A stretch of 63,852 nt of DNA, counting the filler, from Octopus bimaculoides (Eukaryota): assembly GCF_001194135.2 (NCBI RefSeq). It is 6 parts of 6 records of this genome, joined end to end, with 100 filler letters (N's around TTAATTAATTAA, not from the genome) between each part and the next. Parts side by side here need not be neighbours in the genome. Positions count along the whole stretch, not along the records: positions 1 to 23,528 come from NC_068996.1; 5 more parts are not named here. One strand, written 5' to 3'. Under the pieces are notes generated by a model. The model was not told the origin of the DNA, did no database searches, and was given only the letters and a program-made list of their open reading frames with translations. How positions within the stretch are numbered: position 1 is the stretch's first letter; each line of letters opens with the position of its first letter. Below are positions 1 through 12,849 of the stretch, one piece after another. The position numbers and the translations under genes were made by a program.

Positions 1-276
1 ACAAGGTAAAAAATGCTGAAATAATTTTATCGTGAAGAACATTATAGTACCGGTTTCAGTCATTGCGACTTTTTCAACTTAGAGTAAAGTATGAAAAACA
101 ATTAAATTGTGGAAAAATTAAATGAAATGCTTTTTAAACATATTTTTATAGTTTTCAAGTGCAAGGGACATTTTCCTTTTTTCTGTCTCTCTTTTATACT
201 CATGTGAGTTCTAGGTAGTGGGTAGCAGGTAGTAGTAGTCCTAGTATTTGGTATGAATTCTTGTTTTATACTCACA

Positions 277-1579
277 CACGAAAGGTGTTCATTAAAGATT
301 TCTCATGACCCACTTCCCGTTATTGCAGGAAACGGAACTTCTACAGATATAATTATACATGTCTCTACATATCACATTGTAAATTGCAGCTTTCCATTAG
401 TATTCGTTTGTCTTTTACGGCTGCTGAAGTAGACTAAGGTAGACTAATGGAGGCAGTTGAATGCAGATCAGTGATCAGGTTCTTATACTTGATAGGTTGT
501 ACACCAAAAAAGACTTTAGATGAGACGAAAGAAGTTTATGGTGACAATGCACCATCATACGATGTAGTCAAGCACTGGCACATCGCCAGTTCAAATGTGG
601 TTGGACATCAGTGGAAACTGCTCCTATTCCTGGATGATCACATTCTGCCATTGATGATGACACCATCCATAAAGTGGAAACCGCCATTTTGGAGGATTGC
701 CACATAGCTATTCGGCGACTAGCCCAAGAAGTGAAGATAAGTGTAGAGACCGTGGAAAAAAATCATTCACGACCATTTGTACATGCGAAATTTGTCTGCA
801 CCATGGATTCCCCGGATGCTCACACCATTTCAGAAGCAGGAACAAGTCAATTGCTCCCAGGCTCTCTTGGCAATATGCTAAGAAAACTAGGATGACTTTT
901 TTGGCAGACTTATCACACAGAATGAAACATGGGCCCATCACTATGATCCTGAGTCTAAAGTCCAGTCGAAGCAATGGGAGTATGATAACCCACCACCTCC
1001 AAAAAAGGCTCATGTCTAACCCTCAGCAGGCAAGGTAATGCTCACAGTCTTTTGGGACCAGCGCGGAGTAGTAATGATGGATTTTCCGGCAAAGGGCACT
1101 ACAATTAATGGGGCATATTATACTTCTCTGCTACAAAAATTGCGGGACGCCATCAAAGTAGAGAGGCATGGCATGCTGACCATAGGAGTCCACCGCCTCC
1201 AAGATAACGCCCCAGTTCACAATGCGCATGTTGCCCAGATGAAACCACACTCCTGCGGCTATGAAACCCTTCCTCATCCCTCTTAATCTCCCGACCTCGC
1301 ACCATCTGACTTCTACCTCTTTCCAACAATGGAGTCTTTTTTGAAGGGGAAGTACTTTTCGGATTATGACTTTACCTATTTCCGAGGTAAAGTCTTGGCT
1401 TCAGGGGCAACCTACCGACTTCTACAGACGAGTTCTTCACAGCTGCATAAAGCGATAGGAGAAGTGTGTCACCATTGGCGGAAGCTATGTAGAGAAGGGC
1501 TTATGATTATGCCAAGTCTCGTTTATCCCAGTTCTTGGGAAGTGGGTCAGAGAAATATTTAATGAACGCCCCTCATGTA
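277..1579 (+). mobile_element. Mariner (DD34D) DNA transposon, near full length, decayed
   Basis: ~40-bp imperfect TIRs: left cacgaaaggtgttcattaaagatttctcatgacccacttccc (277-318); right gggaagtgggtcagagaaatatttaatgaacgcccctca (1537-1575), followed by tgTA. They enclose a frameshifted transposase. Confidence 0.9.
447..1490 (+). pseudogene. Mariner transposase pseudogene
   Basis: Broken ORFs give the N-terminal HTH (RSVIRFLYL..GDNAPSYDVVKHW), MLTVFWDQRGVV, QDNAPVH and the LPHPS(Y)SPDLAPSDFYLF motif, with several frameshifts and stops. Confidence 0.9.
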
Positions 1580-1797
1580 TATATATATAATCGGGAAGTA
1601 TATTACTGGTTATGACATAAAACTGATTAAAAATATTACCGTTGACTTAGCGCACTCTGTTGTACGTACGCAATATTGACGACTCTTCAGACATGCTATC
1701 TGGGAGATATTACATTGGCAAGTTTAAAACTTGTCGCGAAACCGGCGCTAACATTCTCATGACGCCATTATGAAAGACTGCTGAATGTGAAGAATAA

Positions 1798-3700
1798 ATG
1801 GCCCCAACTGAGGAGCCAGCTACCGGAATCGACAGTACCCTGGATATGAAGACAGGGAAAGCCCCTGGCCCATCAGGTCTCACCGCTGAGATGCTTAAAA
1901 TATCGGGCGGTGTGGGTTATGGTCATGTCACCCGCATCGTAAATCAAGTAGCTCATGAAGGAGTCATACCCAATGACTGGTGTAGCAGCACCATACTCAA
2001 CTGCTACAAGGGTAAAGGTGATGCTTTAGATAGAAATAACTACAGGGGTATCAAATTATTGGATCAGGTAATGAAGGTCACGGAGAGAGTCATAGCCCAA
2101 CTAATTAGGGAGAGAGTTAGCCTAGATGAGATGCAGTTTGGTTTTGTGTCAGACAGAAGCAACACTGATGCTATATTCCTGGTAAGGCAACTGCAGGAGA
2201 AATATCTAGCCAAAGATAAACCTCTGTACTTGGCTTTTGTTGACTTGGAGAAAGCCTTTGACGGGTCCCCCGATCCCTTATCTGGTGGTCAATGTGGAAA
2301 CTGGAGATAGACGAGTGGTTGGTAAGAGCTGTACAAGTTCTGTACAGGGATGCTGTCAGTAAGGTGAGGGTTGGCAACGAGTATAGTGAAGAATTCCAAG
2401 TAGAAGTAGGGGTTCACCAAGGATCAGTCCTCAGCCCCCTCTTGTTCATTATAGTCCTCCAGGCAATAACAGAGGAATTCAAGACAGGCTACCCTTGGGA
2501 GCTCCTCTATGCTGATGACCTTGCTCTAATAGCCAAGTCACTGCCAGAGCTAGAGACGAAGTTTAGGGTGTGGAAGCAACATCTAGAGTCGATGGGCCTT
2601 AGAGTTAATCTAGCAAAAACCAAAGTCTTAGTAAGTAGGAAGGCTGTCAAATCACAAATCCCTTCAGGTAGATGGCCCTGATCGATCTGTAGAAAAGGCG
2701 TAGATAAAAACTCCATACGTTATACCCAGTGTAAGCTATGGGCACATAAAAGGTGCAGCAATATCGAAGGAAGGTTAACCGGGAAGATAGTTTTTGTGTG
2801 TAGCAGATGCACAGGGCAATAAACACTGAAGATGGAGTTCATCACATGCCAGGGGGAAAAACTAGTAGTTAATAGCTTCTGCTACCTTGGCGACAAAGTC
2901 TGTCATGGGGGTGGATGCTCTGAGAGTGTAACGGCTAGAATAAGAATAGCCTGGGCAAAATTCAGGGAGCTCCTACCTCTAAGGGCAACTAAGGTCCTCT
3001 CGCTCAAGATGAAAAGTAGATTGTATGATGCATGTGTGCGAACTGCCATGCTACACGACAGTGAAACATTGGCCATGACTGCTGAGGACATGCGTAGGCT
3101 TGTAAAAAATGGAGCTAGTATGATCCGCTGAATGTGTGATGCCACTGTGCATACACGACAGAGTGTAAGCGCCCTGAGAGAAAAGTTGGGCATAAGAAGC
3201 ATCAAATGTGGTGTGCAAGAGAGATGATTGCGCTGGTATGGTTATGTGGTGAGAATGGACGACAGCTGTGTGAGGAAGCGCCTCTCCCTAACTGTGGAAG
3301 GAATTTGTGGAAGAGGTAGACCCAGAAAGACATGAGATGTGGTGGTGAAGCATGACCTTCGAACATTGGGCCTCACAGAGGCAATGACAGGAGACCGAGA
3401 CCTTTGGAGATATGCTGTGATTGAGAAGACCCAGCAACTAAAGTGAGATCGCAGCCATGCATGTCCGGCCCAGTTAAGAGTACTCCTGATGCGTTGGGAG
3501 ATATGGTATGCTTGAAAAACCTGTTGAGTCAAGTAAAATTAATATCGTAGCTGTGGCCAGTGACCCCCTGACCGGCTCCCGGGTCGGTGGCACGTAAAAA
3601 GCACCATCCGAATGTAGTCTATGCCAGGTCCGCCTGACTGGCTCCCGTGTCGTTGGCACGGAAAAAGCACTATCCAAACGTGGCCGATGCTAGTAATCCC
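1798..3700 (+). mobile_element. 5'-truncated RTE-clade LINE (RT domain plus 3' region), decayed
   Basis: KTGKAPGPSG, NYRGIKLL, QFGF, LAFVDLEKAFD, GVHQGSVLSPLLF, WELLYADD, YLGD..GGGCSESVTARIRIAWAKF. The 3' UTR has a ~66-bp duplicated unit (ggcacgtaaaaagcac) at 3571-3690. Confidence 0.93.
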
Positions 3701-3734
3701 TGACCTGAGTGTCAGGTCACTTTTGAGGCTCTCA

Positions 3735-3880
3735 TAAGTGCTACTGGTAACATGTAATTCAGTACAACCTGTTGCATGGTCGGGTTGCCGGCGACTAAAC
3801 TGGCAGGATTAAAAACAAGACCTGCTGAAAGCTCGGATGGACCTAGTGCAGGCTCAACGGCTATCTAGCAATAGCACGGG
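3735..3880 (+). repeat. Unclassified interspersed repeat, homologous to 63210-63405 (-); possibly a retroelement 5' end
   Basis: Shares blocks tactggtaacat, acaacctgttgcatgg, ggcgactaaac, gcaggat, cggatg and tctagcaat with the reverse complement of 63210-63405. Confidence 0.65.
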
Positions 3881-5110
3881 TATGCAGAAATTCCGGGATG
3901 TTGTCCGGCATGCTGAAAGACCACTGGGCATGAGGTGCCCCTCAGCTTTTGTTGAAGCATGTCTCTAGGAGAAGGTCACTCTGATATAAAACCAGATATG
4001 CAGGGAATGGCATTGGACATTTTGGGGATCTTTGGTTTGTGCTAGAGATCACGGCGCTCCCACATCCCTGAGCTTGCGACTTATATTGGCACCAGACATC
4101 TTGCTCCGGATTGTCTCTGGATAATGTCAATAAAGTGGAGAGGGTCTGTGAGGTGTTGTGCAAGCCTTATTGGATCTAAAACTCTGCACAGGTATTGCCG
4201 ACCTCTGCTCGATATGTGCGTTTTTTTTCCCCTATATATATTTATCTTACTTTGGGTATATATTTTCTTCATTTTTAGTATATATATATTTTTTTTTATT
4301 CGGAAGTCCTGCGGCGATGGGAAGGTGGTGAAGCATGCAGACCTGACGGGTTGGAAACATGTAGTCAGCGACCTGCACGTAGGCGGCCCATGCTAGATAT
4401 AAAGTCGTCTCCTTGTCGCCCAAGATAGCGGTAGGATTCGGTTGCTGCATGGGTGTCTGAGCAGCTCCATTTGGAGAGGGCACTGCTCACCCGTAGACCG
4501 GGGGCGTTCTAGAAAAGGTGAACCAAAAATTGCCTGTCTTTCCATATCTGCGAATGTAATCTGATGTGATTCATTTCTGTATTGTTTATGATATTATATT
4601 TAAATAACTACGGTATATGGGCAAATATCCANNNNNNNNNNNNNNNNNNNNNNNNNNNNNNNNNNNNNNNNNNNNNNNNNNNNNNNNNNNNNNNNNNNNN
4701 NNNNNNNNNNNNNNNNNNNNNNNNNNNNNNNNNNNNNNNNNNNNNNNNNNNNNNNNNNNNNNNNNNNNNNNNNNNNNNNNNNNNNNNNNNNNNNNNNNNN
4801 NNNNNNNNNNNNNNNNNNNNNNNNNNNNNNNNNNNNNNNNNNNNNNNNNNNNNNNNNNNNNNNNNNNNNNNNNNNNNNNNNNNNNNNNNNNNNNNNNNNN
4901 NNNNNNNNNNNNNNNNNNNNNNNNNNNNNNNNNNNNNNNNNNNNNNNNNNNNNNNNNNNNNNNNNNNNNNNNNNNNNNNNNNNNNNNNNNNNNNNNNNNN
5001 NNNNNNNNNNNNNNNNNNNNNNNNNNNNNNNNNNNNNNNNNNNNNNNNNNNNNNNNNNNNNNNNNNNNNNNNNNNNNNNNNNNNNNNNNNNNNNNNNNNN
5101 NNNNNNNNNN

Positions 5111-5145
<35 letters not shown>

Positions 5146-5149
<4 letters not shown>

Positions 5150-5362
5150 CATACAGACAAGAAAGTAATATTTCGAACGCAGTATAGCCGTGAAAACAGC
5201 AGAAAGATTGGGTATTTTACTCTTATATGACGGGAGAAGATGTCAGCAGACAGCCTGGGAACTGTCTGCTGAGCATCTTTGCCGTCATATAAAGGTAAAG
5301 TCTTTCTGCTGTCTTCACGGCCAGACTGCGTTCGAAATATTACTTTCTTGTCTGTATGATAC
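5146..5362. repeat. Long foldback (palindromic) element, MITE-like
   Basis: Perfect 38-bp outer arms (5146-5183 / 5325-5362). Pairing continues imperfectly inward to tcagcagacag / ctgtctgctga around an 8-nt loop. Confidence 0.85.
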
Positions 5363-6049
5363 GATACACATTCGACGCTTCCATAAACAAAACAAAAAGT
5401 TTGTTTACATATAATTAATAGTGACAGAAGCAACATTCATACCAAAGTTAATATTTGTCATTCACTCAACGTCGTTATTGTGTTAGAACACAAAATACTG
5501 TGTCATCTACTTCGAGAGAATCTCTCATATGGCTTCATTGTAATAAAATTACTCCTGTTTATATCATTGACCGGCGATAACCGTCCCATACAGCCACTGG
5601 AACTGTTAGTTAACGTGATGTTTATTTTTTATCTTTCTCATTCATCGTGTCCCAATATTCAACAATTTACTGTCTATTTGCAGAATGCCTAACGATTTAC
5701 TTTATGCAAGCAATTGCTGCGGAATAAGCAAAAAGTCACGGCGTAAACACAAACTTTCTCAAACTACGTTAGTACGATCGTTTGAAAAAAATAACGCTGT
5801 ACTATAAGATTCCGTTGTACTGCAACAAGCAATGGGAATGAAAAAAGCAAGTATCTTTCCTAAAGGCTTACATGATATGAGTTGTAAGTGTGCTATTGGA
5901 AGAATGTGCAGTATTCATATCAGTCAAAATGAAAGTTCAAATTCATTTCAAGATTTCTGAGTATTCAAAATTTACACTGCCAATTGAGAGACAAGCCAAG
6001 AACTACAAAAATACAGCTTCCCTCAACCTAAGTATATTGAAATCAATAA

Positions 6050-6600
6050 TTTAGTAATAGAAATTTTGAAATAGAAATGTCATATAATAGTGACACATTA
6101 ATAGTACAGGTCAATGAAAATGAGTCACAATTTACTGTAGACCAGAAGGTAGTCAATTCTGTTATTTTTGACAGGCTTCAGCAGCATGGAATTGGAATTA
6201 GCTTCTTCGATATTCATTGTGGAACTGGAAAAATATTCTTGATCAATTTAATATTGACCAAAGTTGTTCAATATAAACACAAGCTATTGCAATTGTTTCT
6301 TCAGGTATTACTGTCACACTTCTTCCTGGGAGTCATACAACACATTCTATTTTAAAATTCTTCTTGGAAATGGGCAGAATTGATACATCTCTTTGCAACA
6401 CTGTCAAAACTTCGGGAACCAAACAAATTCTTAAGAGGTCGGTTGTCTAGTTCCTGTGCACAGTAATACAGTGCACAGGGAGCTCTGAAGGCCCAGAAAG
6501 GGACAATGCATGAGTTGCGTGACAACAGATCTCAGATGAGAGGAGTAGTGGCGGTGTTGTCAGAAAATGTCCGTCAGGTCTTGACCCCCAAAAGGCACAA
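6050..6600 (+). pseudogene. Helitron PIF1-like helicase remnant
   Basis: FFDIHCGTGKIFLINLILTKV resembles the Helitron Walker A region (FFLDAPGGTGKTFLINLILAKV). Downstream ELRDNRSQMRGVVAVLSENVRQVL resembles DLRG...MGGVVVVLSGDFRQTL. Frameshifted. Confidence 0.75.
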
Positions 6601-6680
6601 AAACCGATGGAATTCGTATTTGTTTTAAATCGTCATCGCTTTAGACAAAAGTTAGTCTTTAATATCTACAAACATGGAGG

Positions 6681-6728
<48 letters not shown>

Positions 6729-6753
6729 NNNNNNNNNNATCATCATCATCATT

Positions 6754-6807
<54 letters not shown>

Positions 6808-7242
6808 GTGATGTTGGAAGTGTGGATTATGATGATAAGGTTGTGGCTGATGTTGCTTAGTCCCGGTCCTTCCAGAATGAGTAAATCGATCAAAGACAGT
6901 GGCCATACTAATTCTGTCTTTTCAATTTTTAAATTTCATTATTCAATGTATCGTTCTAATTTTTAAGAGACAAGGAGTTCAAAAAGGTGATTTGGCTGCT
7001 ATTTCTAGGTGGTCGAGTGATCACATAGGGATATAAGGCTCTATCGTTGGCTCTCGGGTGATGTGGTTAATAGTGGTCGTTGGAAATTTTGGTAATGATA
7101 GTGGTATGGGTGTGATGGTTGTGGAGGTGGGAGTTATAGTCACAGTGACGGCGGCAACTATGATGATATGATGGCTGATGGGAAGCGATTCTCTCTCTCT
7201 TTCTCTCTGTCACTAACTCACTCTCTTTCTCTTTCTCACTAA

Positions 7243-7283
<41 letters not shown>

Positions 7284-8725
7284 CTCTCTCTCTTTCGCTC
7301 GCGCTCTTTCTTGCCCCGAACATAGGTCAAAGCCAAATTGCCGTTTATATGAATGATCAAGGAGACGGGNNNNNNNNNNNNNNNNNNNNNNNNNNNNNNN
7401 NNNNNNNNNNNNNNNNNNNNNNNNNNNNNNNNNNNNNNNNNNNNNNNNNNNNNNNNNNNNNNNNNNNNNNNNNNNNNNNNNNNNNNNNNNNNNNNNNNNN
7501 NNNNNNNNNNNNNNNNNNNNNNNNNNNNNNNNNNNNNNNNNNNNNNNNNNNNNNNNNNNNNNNNNNNNNNNNNNNNNNNNNNNNNNNNNNNNNNNNNNNN
7601 NNNNNNNNNNNNNNNNNNNNNNNNNNNNNNNNNNNNNNNNNNNNNNNNNNNNNNNNNNNNNNNNNNNNNNNNNNNNNNNNNNNNNNNNNNNNNNNNNNNN
7701 NNNNNNNNNNNNNNNNNNNNNNNNNNNNNNNNNNNNNNNNNNNNNNNNNNNNNNNNNNNNNNNNNNNNNNNNNNNNNNNNNNNNNNNNNNNNNNNNNNNN
7801 NNNNNNNNNNNNNNNNNNNNNNNNNNNNNNNNNNNNNNNNNNNNNNNNNNNNNNNNNNNNNNNNNNNNNNNNNNNNNNNNNNNNNNNNNNNNNNNNNNNN
7901 NNNNNNNNNNNNNNNNNNNNNNNNNNNNNNNNNNNNNNNNNNNNNNNNNNNNNNNNNNNNNNNNNNNNNNNNNNNNNNNNNNNNNNNNNNNNNNNNNNNN
8001 NNNNNNNNNNNNNNNNNNNNNNNNNNNNNNNNNNNNNNNNNNNNNNNNNNNNNNNNNNNNNNNNNNNNNNNNNNNNNNNNNNNNNNNNNNNNNNNNNNNN
8101 NNNNNNNNNNNNNNNNNNNNNNNNNNNNNNNNNNNNNNNNNNNNNNNNNNNNNNNNNNNNNNNNNNNNNNNNNNNNNNNNNNNNNNNNNNNNNNNNNNNN
8201 NNNNNNNNNNNNNNNNNNNNNNNNNNNNNNNNNNNNNNNNNNNNNNNNNNNNNNNNNAGACACTTTTCCATTCGGCCGATCCCTCGTCAACTTTTTCATG
8301 TTTCACTTGAAAAGGAAAATGAGACTGGAGTGAGTTCTGCCCCCAGTATTTTTTTTTTTTTTGAAAAGTGAGTGAATGTGGTGAAGATGGCCCGTGTGAA
8401 TGGGCCTACTCTAAACATAGATATGTAAACCGGAGTGGTGAAGGAGAGACACCTGTTGAAGTGAACCTAGCGGTCGGGATAACCAGGGTGTGTGGGGTTC
8501 TTCGGTTGTCCCTGTGAGGTATTTTATTGTTTAATTTTATTGTTAATTGTTATTGTTAATTGTTATTTTTACAGGACTTTGTACAAAACCCCACTTGGCC
8601 CTTGTGCTATATTGCCCTTATTGTTTTGTGATCGGCCCTTGTGGCTAATAAAGAAACCATTCTTCTTCTTCTTCTTCTTCTTCTTCTTCTTCTTCTTCTT
8701 CTTCTTCTTCTTCTTCTTCTTCAAT

Positions 8726-8835
8726 ATGAGAGGTATAGAAAAAATAACAAATTACTAGGACCTACCCATTGGATTACAGCTAAAATGTATCCCAGTAGTT
8801 ATAGGTGCACTAGGAACTGTCCCTAAAAATCTGTT
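8726..8835 (+). mobile_element. Short R4/Dong-type LINE 3' fragment (REL endonuclease end)
   Basis: Translates to KCIPVVIGALGTVPKN; lies between (TTC)n and (AAC)n. Confidence 0.6.
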
Positions 8836-8863
8836 TTGTGTATATGAATAACAACAACAACAA

Positions 8864-8894
<31 letters not shown>

Positions 8895-8904
8895 AACAAC
8901 AATA

Positions 8905-10320
8905 AATGAACGCTACAAATACTTTGGCAAACTAGAGTTCAACGAAATCATAGAGAAGGAAATGAAAGAACAACTGCTGAAGATGGAATATTTCCGAAGA
9001 CTAAGGTGGGGTATTGCACTTAAGAGAGAATAAAATCCAAGCAGTTAATACATGATCGATAGCATCACTTCGGTATGAAGCTGGAATCATAAACTAGCAA
9101 AAAAAAAAAGTAAGAACTGATGAACATGAATGCGAAAACAAGAAAAATATTGTGAATGCACGAAGTTTTCCACCCTAAGAGTGACACTGATCGGCTGTAC
9201 TTGTCCAGAAGCAAGGGTGGGAGAAATTTGATCGGTTGCCAATATTGTATCGAAATAGAGGAAAACAGCTTAGGGTGGTACGTAAAAAATATCGTGGAAC
9301 CATTGTTGAATCATGTGAACAAGTCCGGCGTCATTAAAACCGATAATTGTATGAAGAAAGAAAAACTTAAAGGGGAAAAGAACACAAAAAGAAGCAGCCT
9401 GGAAGGAAGAAAAATGTACAGTCAGTTTGTAAAGGATACGAACGTCAAGACAGATAAAGAAGACCGGTGGCTATGGATAAGGAGGAGTGACCTCAAGATA
9501 CAGACAGAAGCACTTATATGCGCAGCACAAGAACAAGCATTAAGGATGATGTGAAGTGCAGAATCAACAACGTTATCGACAGCGACAAACGCAGAATATA
9601 AGGTGAGAGGGGTGAAACGGTATGGCACATCCTTAGCTCGTAATAAACTAATGTCACACACAATGTAGTAGGCATAAAATATAGACTCTGCAATGACAAA
9701 CTTGAGAGTATTGACCACATTGTTGTCAGTTGCTCAGTCTTTGCCCCTACAGAATATAAAACCAGGCACGACCGAGTTGGCCAATACTTGTACTGGAGAA
9801 TATGTCGTCACTATGGTATCGCGCACCCCAAGAACTGGTACGAACACCATCCAGAACCAGTCGCTGATGGAGAGAATGTTACCATTGTATGAGATAATGG
9901 AATATATATAGACAAGCAAATAAATGATAACTTGCCAAGCATCGTCATCAAAGACCTAAAACAAAAAGCATGCTTGTTACTTAACATGACAGTACCTACT
10001 GACAGAAGCATCTCAGCAAAGCAATTTGAAAAACTGTCGAAATACAGGGGCCTTTGAGATTGTGATATCTAGGACGTGGTAATTAAAAACCAAAACTATT
10101 TCTGTTGCCGTAGGTGCCTTGGGAATGATCAAGAGAAGTAGTAACAATTTTTTTGACCAGATCCCTGGGAAACCAACTATCAGTAAGACTCAAAAAATTG
10201 TCTTGGCATCAACCGCCTACGTTCTCGGGAAGTTTCTCTCCATCTAATATACATGTGCCTTAGGTCTCTGGTTGAGACCTTGTCGGAAGACGAAATAAAA
10301 TGAAATTAAATCGGAAAATG
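8905..10320 (+). mobile_element. R4/Dong-type (REL endonuclease) non-LTR retrotransposon fragment(s)
   Basis: YKYFG, FHPKSDTDRLYLSRSKGGR, WLWIRRSDLKIQTEALICAAQEQAL, RHDRVGQYLYWRICRHY, WYEHHPEPV, VPTD..I..K..EKLSKY, VAVGALG; 3' tail runs into (AAC)/(AAT)n. Confidence 0.88.
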
Positions 10321-10359
10321 ATGATAACAACAACAATAACAATAACAATAACAATAATG

Positions 10360-10488
<129 letters not shown>

Positions 10489-11400
10489 GGAAGTAAGAAG
10501 GTCAGGCTTGTGTACGATGGAAGATTGCAAAGATAAAGCACTGTACAAGCACTTGAGAAGGAATGAAACTGAAAATAGGTGGATAAAGAAAAGAATGCAT
10601 GGACAATTTCATAGGGCTGTTGAAGATAAGGCAGACAGAGAAAAAAGATGGCTTTGGATGACTAAAAGTGATTTAAAACCGGAAACGGAGGTTCTAATCT
10701 GTGATGCCCAAGAGTATGCACTAAGAACTAATTGCATCTAACACAGAATAGACAACACATCAGAAAGTGATAAATGCAGAATCTGAGGACAAAATGATGA
10801 AACCGTGTGGCATATTACCAGTCAATGTACGCCACTAGCCCAGAAAGAATATAAGTGACGTCACGACAATATAGCAAGGATTGTCCATTGGACACTTTGC
10901 AACATGTATAGACTTGACAAAATCAAAAATACGAACATAAACCCGAAAGCATCATCGAAAATGATAATGCAACAATCATATGGTATTTTATGATTCAGTA
11001 CGACCATGAGATATAGAATAGGAAACCAGACATAGTGTTAATTGAAAAAGAAAGCAAACGATGCTGGATCATAGATATAGCATGCTCAGCTGACAACAAG
11101 GTATGCGATAAGGAAGAAAGAAAAGTCGATAGATATTACAGGTTAGATTGGGAGGTTAGGCAGTTGTAGTTGCTGAAAAAGGTGGTAGTAATTGGAGCAC
11201 TGAGAACAGTGAGTAAAAATCTTGAGAAGTACATGGAACAAATATAGGCTGCAATAAGGGTGGAGCACTTGCATAAAACAGCACTGATTGGAACCGCTCG
11301 AATACTCCGGATGGTACTCGAAAAATTAGGTATGTTACCTTAGTTCACTGGTAGTGAACAGCTGGCACATCTCCAGCGTTAGAAGCTGTGCAAAGGCAAT
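10489..11400 (+). mobile_element. Second R4/Dong-type LINE 3' fragment
   Basis: RMHGQF, WLWMTKSDLKPETEVLICDAQEYALRTN, KCRI..ETVWHITSQC..LAQKEY, RHDNIARIVHW, KPDIVLIEK, IIDIAC, IGAL, TALIGTARILR; (AAT)n tail from 11400. Confidence 0.9.
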
Positions 11401-11401
11401 A

Positions 11402-11476
<75 letters not shown>

Positions 11477-11644
11477 TATTATTATTATTATTATTATTAT
11501 TTCAAATGTTTGCCACAAGAGCAGCTTAGTCGATTACATCGACCCCAGTGTTCAACTGGTACGTATTTTATCGACCTCGAAAGGATAAAGGCAAAGATGA
11601 CCTCGGTGAAATTTAAACTCAAATAATAATAATGATAATAATAA

Positions 11645-11705
<61 letters not shown>

Positions 11706-11711
11706 TTCAAA

Positions 11712-11888
11712 TTTTTGGCACAAAGCCAGCAAGGTTACATAGCCCCCGTGTTCACAAGTACTTATTTTATCGAACCCCGAGAGAATGAATGGCAAAGTCG
11801 ACCTCAGTGGGATTTGAATTCAGAACGTAAAAGACCGGAAGAAATTCCGCTAAGCATTTTGTCCGGTGAGTTAACGATTCGCAGCCTC
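11712..11888 (-). mobile_element. tRNA-derived SINE (family B), degenerate
   Basis: Reverse complement matches the 32560/50645 copies (cttagcgg..ttc..gttctgaattcaaat..gaggtcgactttgcc). A partial second copy lies at 11521-11620. Confidence 0.75.
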
Positions 11889-11906
11889 AATAATAATAAT
11901 AACGAG

Positions 11907-12002
<96 letters not shown>

Positions 12003-12702
12003 GGTGGCATTNNNNNNNNNNNNNNNNNNNNNNNNNNNNNNNNNNNNNNNNNNNNNNNNNNNNNNNNNNNNNNNNNNNNNNNNNNNNNNNNNNNNNNNNN
12101 NNNNNNNNNNNNNNNNNNNNNNNNNNNNNNNNNNNNNNNNNNNNNNNNNNNNNNNNNNNNNNNNNNNNNNNNNNNNNNNNNNNNNNNNNNNNNNNNNNNN
12201 NNNNNNNNNNNNNNNNNNNNNNNNNNNNNNNNNNNNNNNNNNNNNNNNNNNNNNNNNNNNNNNNNNNNNNNNNNNNNNNNNNNNNNNNNNNNNNNNNNNN
12301 NNNNNNNNNNNNNNNNNNNNNNNNNNNNNNNNNNNNNNNNNNNNNNNNNNNNNNNNNNNNNNNNNNNNNNNNNNNNNNNNNNNNNNNNNNNNNNNNNNNN
12401 NNNNNNNNNNNNNNNNNNNNNNNNNNNNNNNNNNNNNNNNNNNNNNNNNNNNNNNNNNNNNNNNNNNNNNNNNNNNNNNNNNNNNNNNNNNNNNNNNNNN
12501 NNNNNNNNNNNNNNNNNNNNNNNNNNNNNNNNNNNNNNNNNNNNNNNNNNNNNNNNNNNNNNNNNNNNNNNNNNNNNNNNNNNNNNNNNNNNNNNNNNNN
12601 NNNNNNNNNNNNNNNNNNNNNNNNNNNNNNNNNNNNNNNNNNNNNNNNNNNNNNNNNNNNNNNNNNNNNNNNNNNNNNNNNNNNNNNNNNNNNNNTATAT
12701 CT

Positions 12703-12812
12703 GTAGGCGCATTGGTGGCTGTGTGGTAAGAAGCTTGCTTCCTAATCACATTGTTCCGGGTTCAGTCTCACTGCGTGGCACCTTGGGCAAATGTCTTCTA
12801 CTATAGCCGACC
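12703..12812 (+). mobile_element. tRNA-derived SINE (family A) 5' part
   Basis: ggcgca..tggctgtgtggtaagaagcttgcttcc..gttccgggttcagtctcactgcgtggcaccttgggcaaatgtcttctactatagcc: A/B-box-like head. Confidence 0.8.
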
Positions 12813-12849
12813 AAACCATACATACATACGTACACATGCACACGCATTT

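Noticed and set aside
1655-1700. CUGAAGA followed by GUCG..CG on the minus strand
   Set aside because: No GAAA and no stem III, so it cannot be folded as a hammerhead.
3900-4540. GC-richer segment with several 60-90-aa ORFs
   Set aside because: No recognisable motif in any frame; probably an unclassified TE fragment that I cannot assign.
8988-9010. CTGAAGA-TGGAATATTTCC-GAAG hairpin
   Set aside because: It lies in R4 coding sequence (LLKMEYFRR) and has GAAG instead of GAAA; coincidence.
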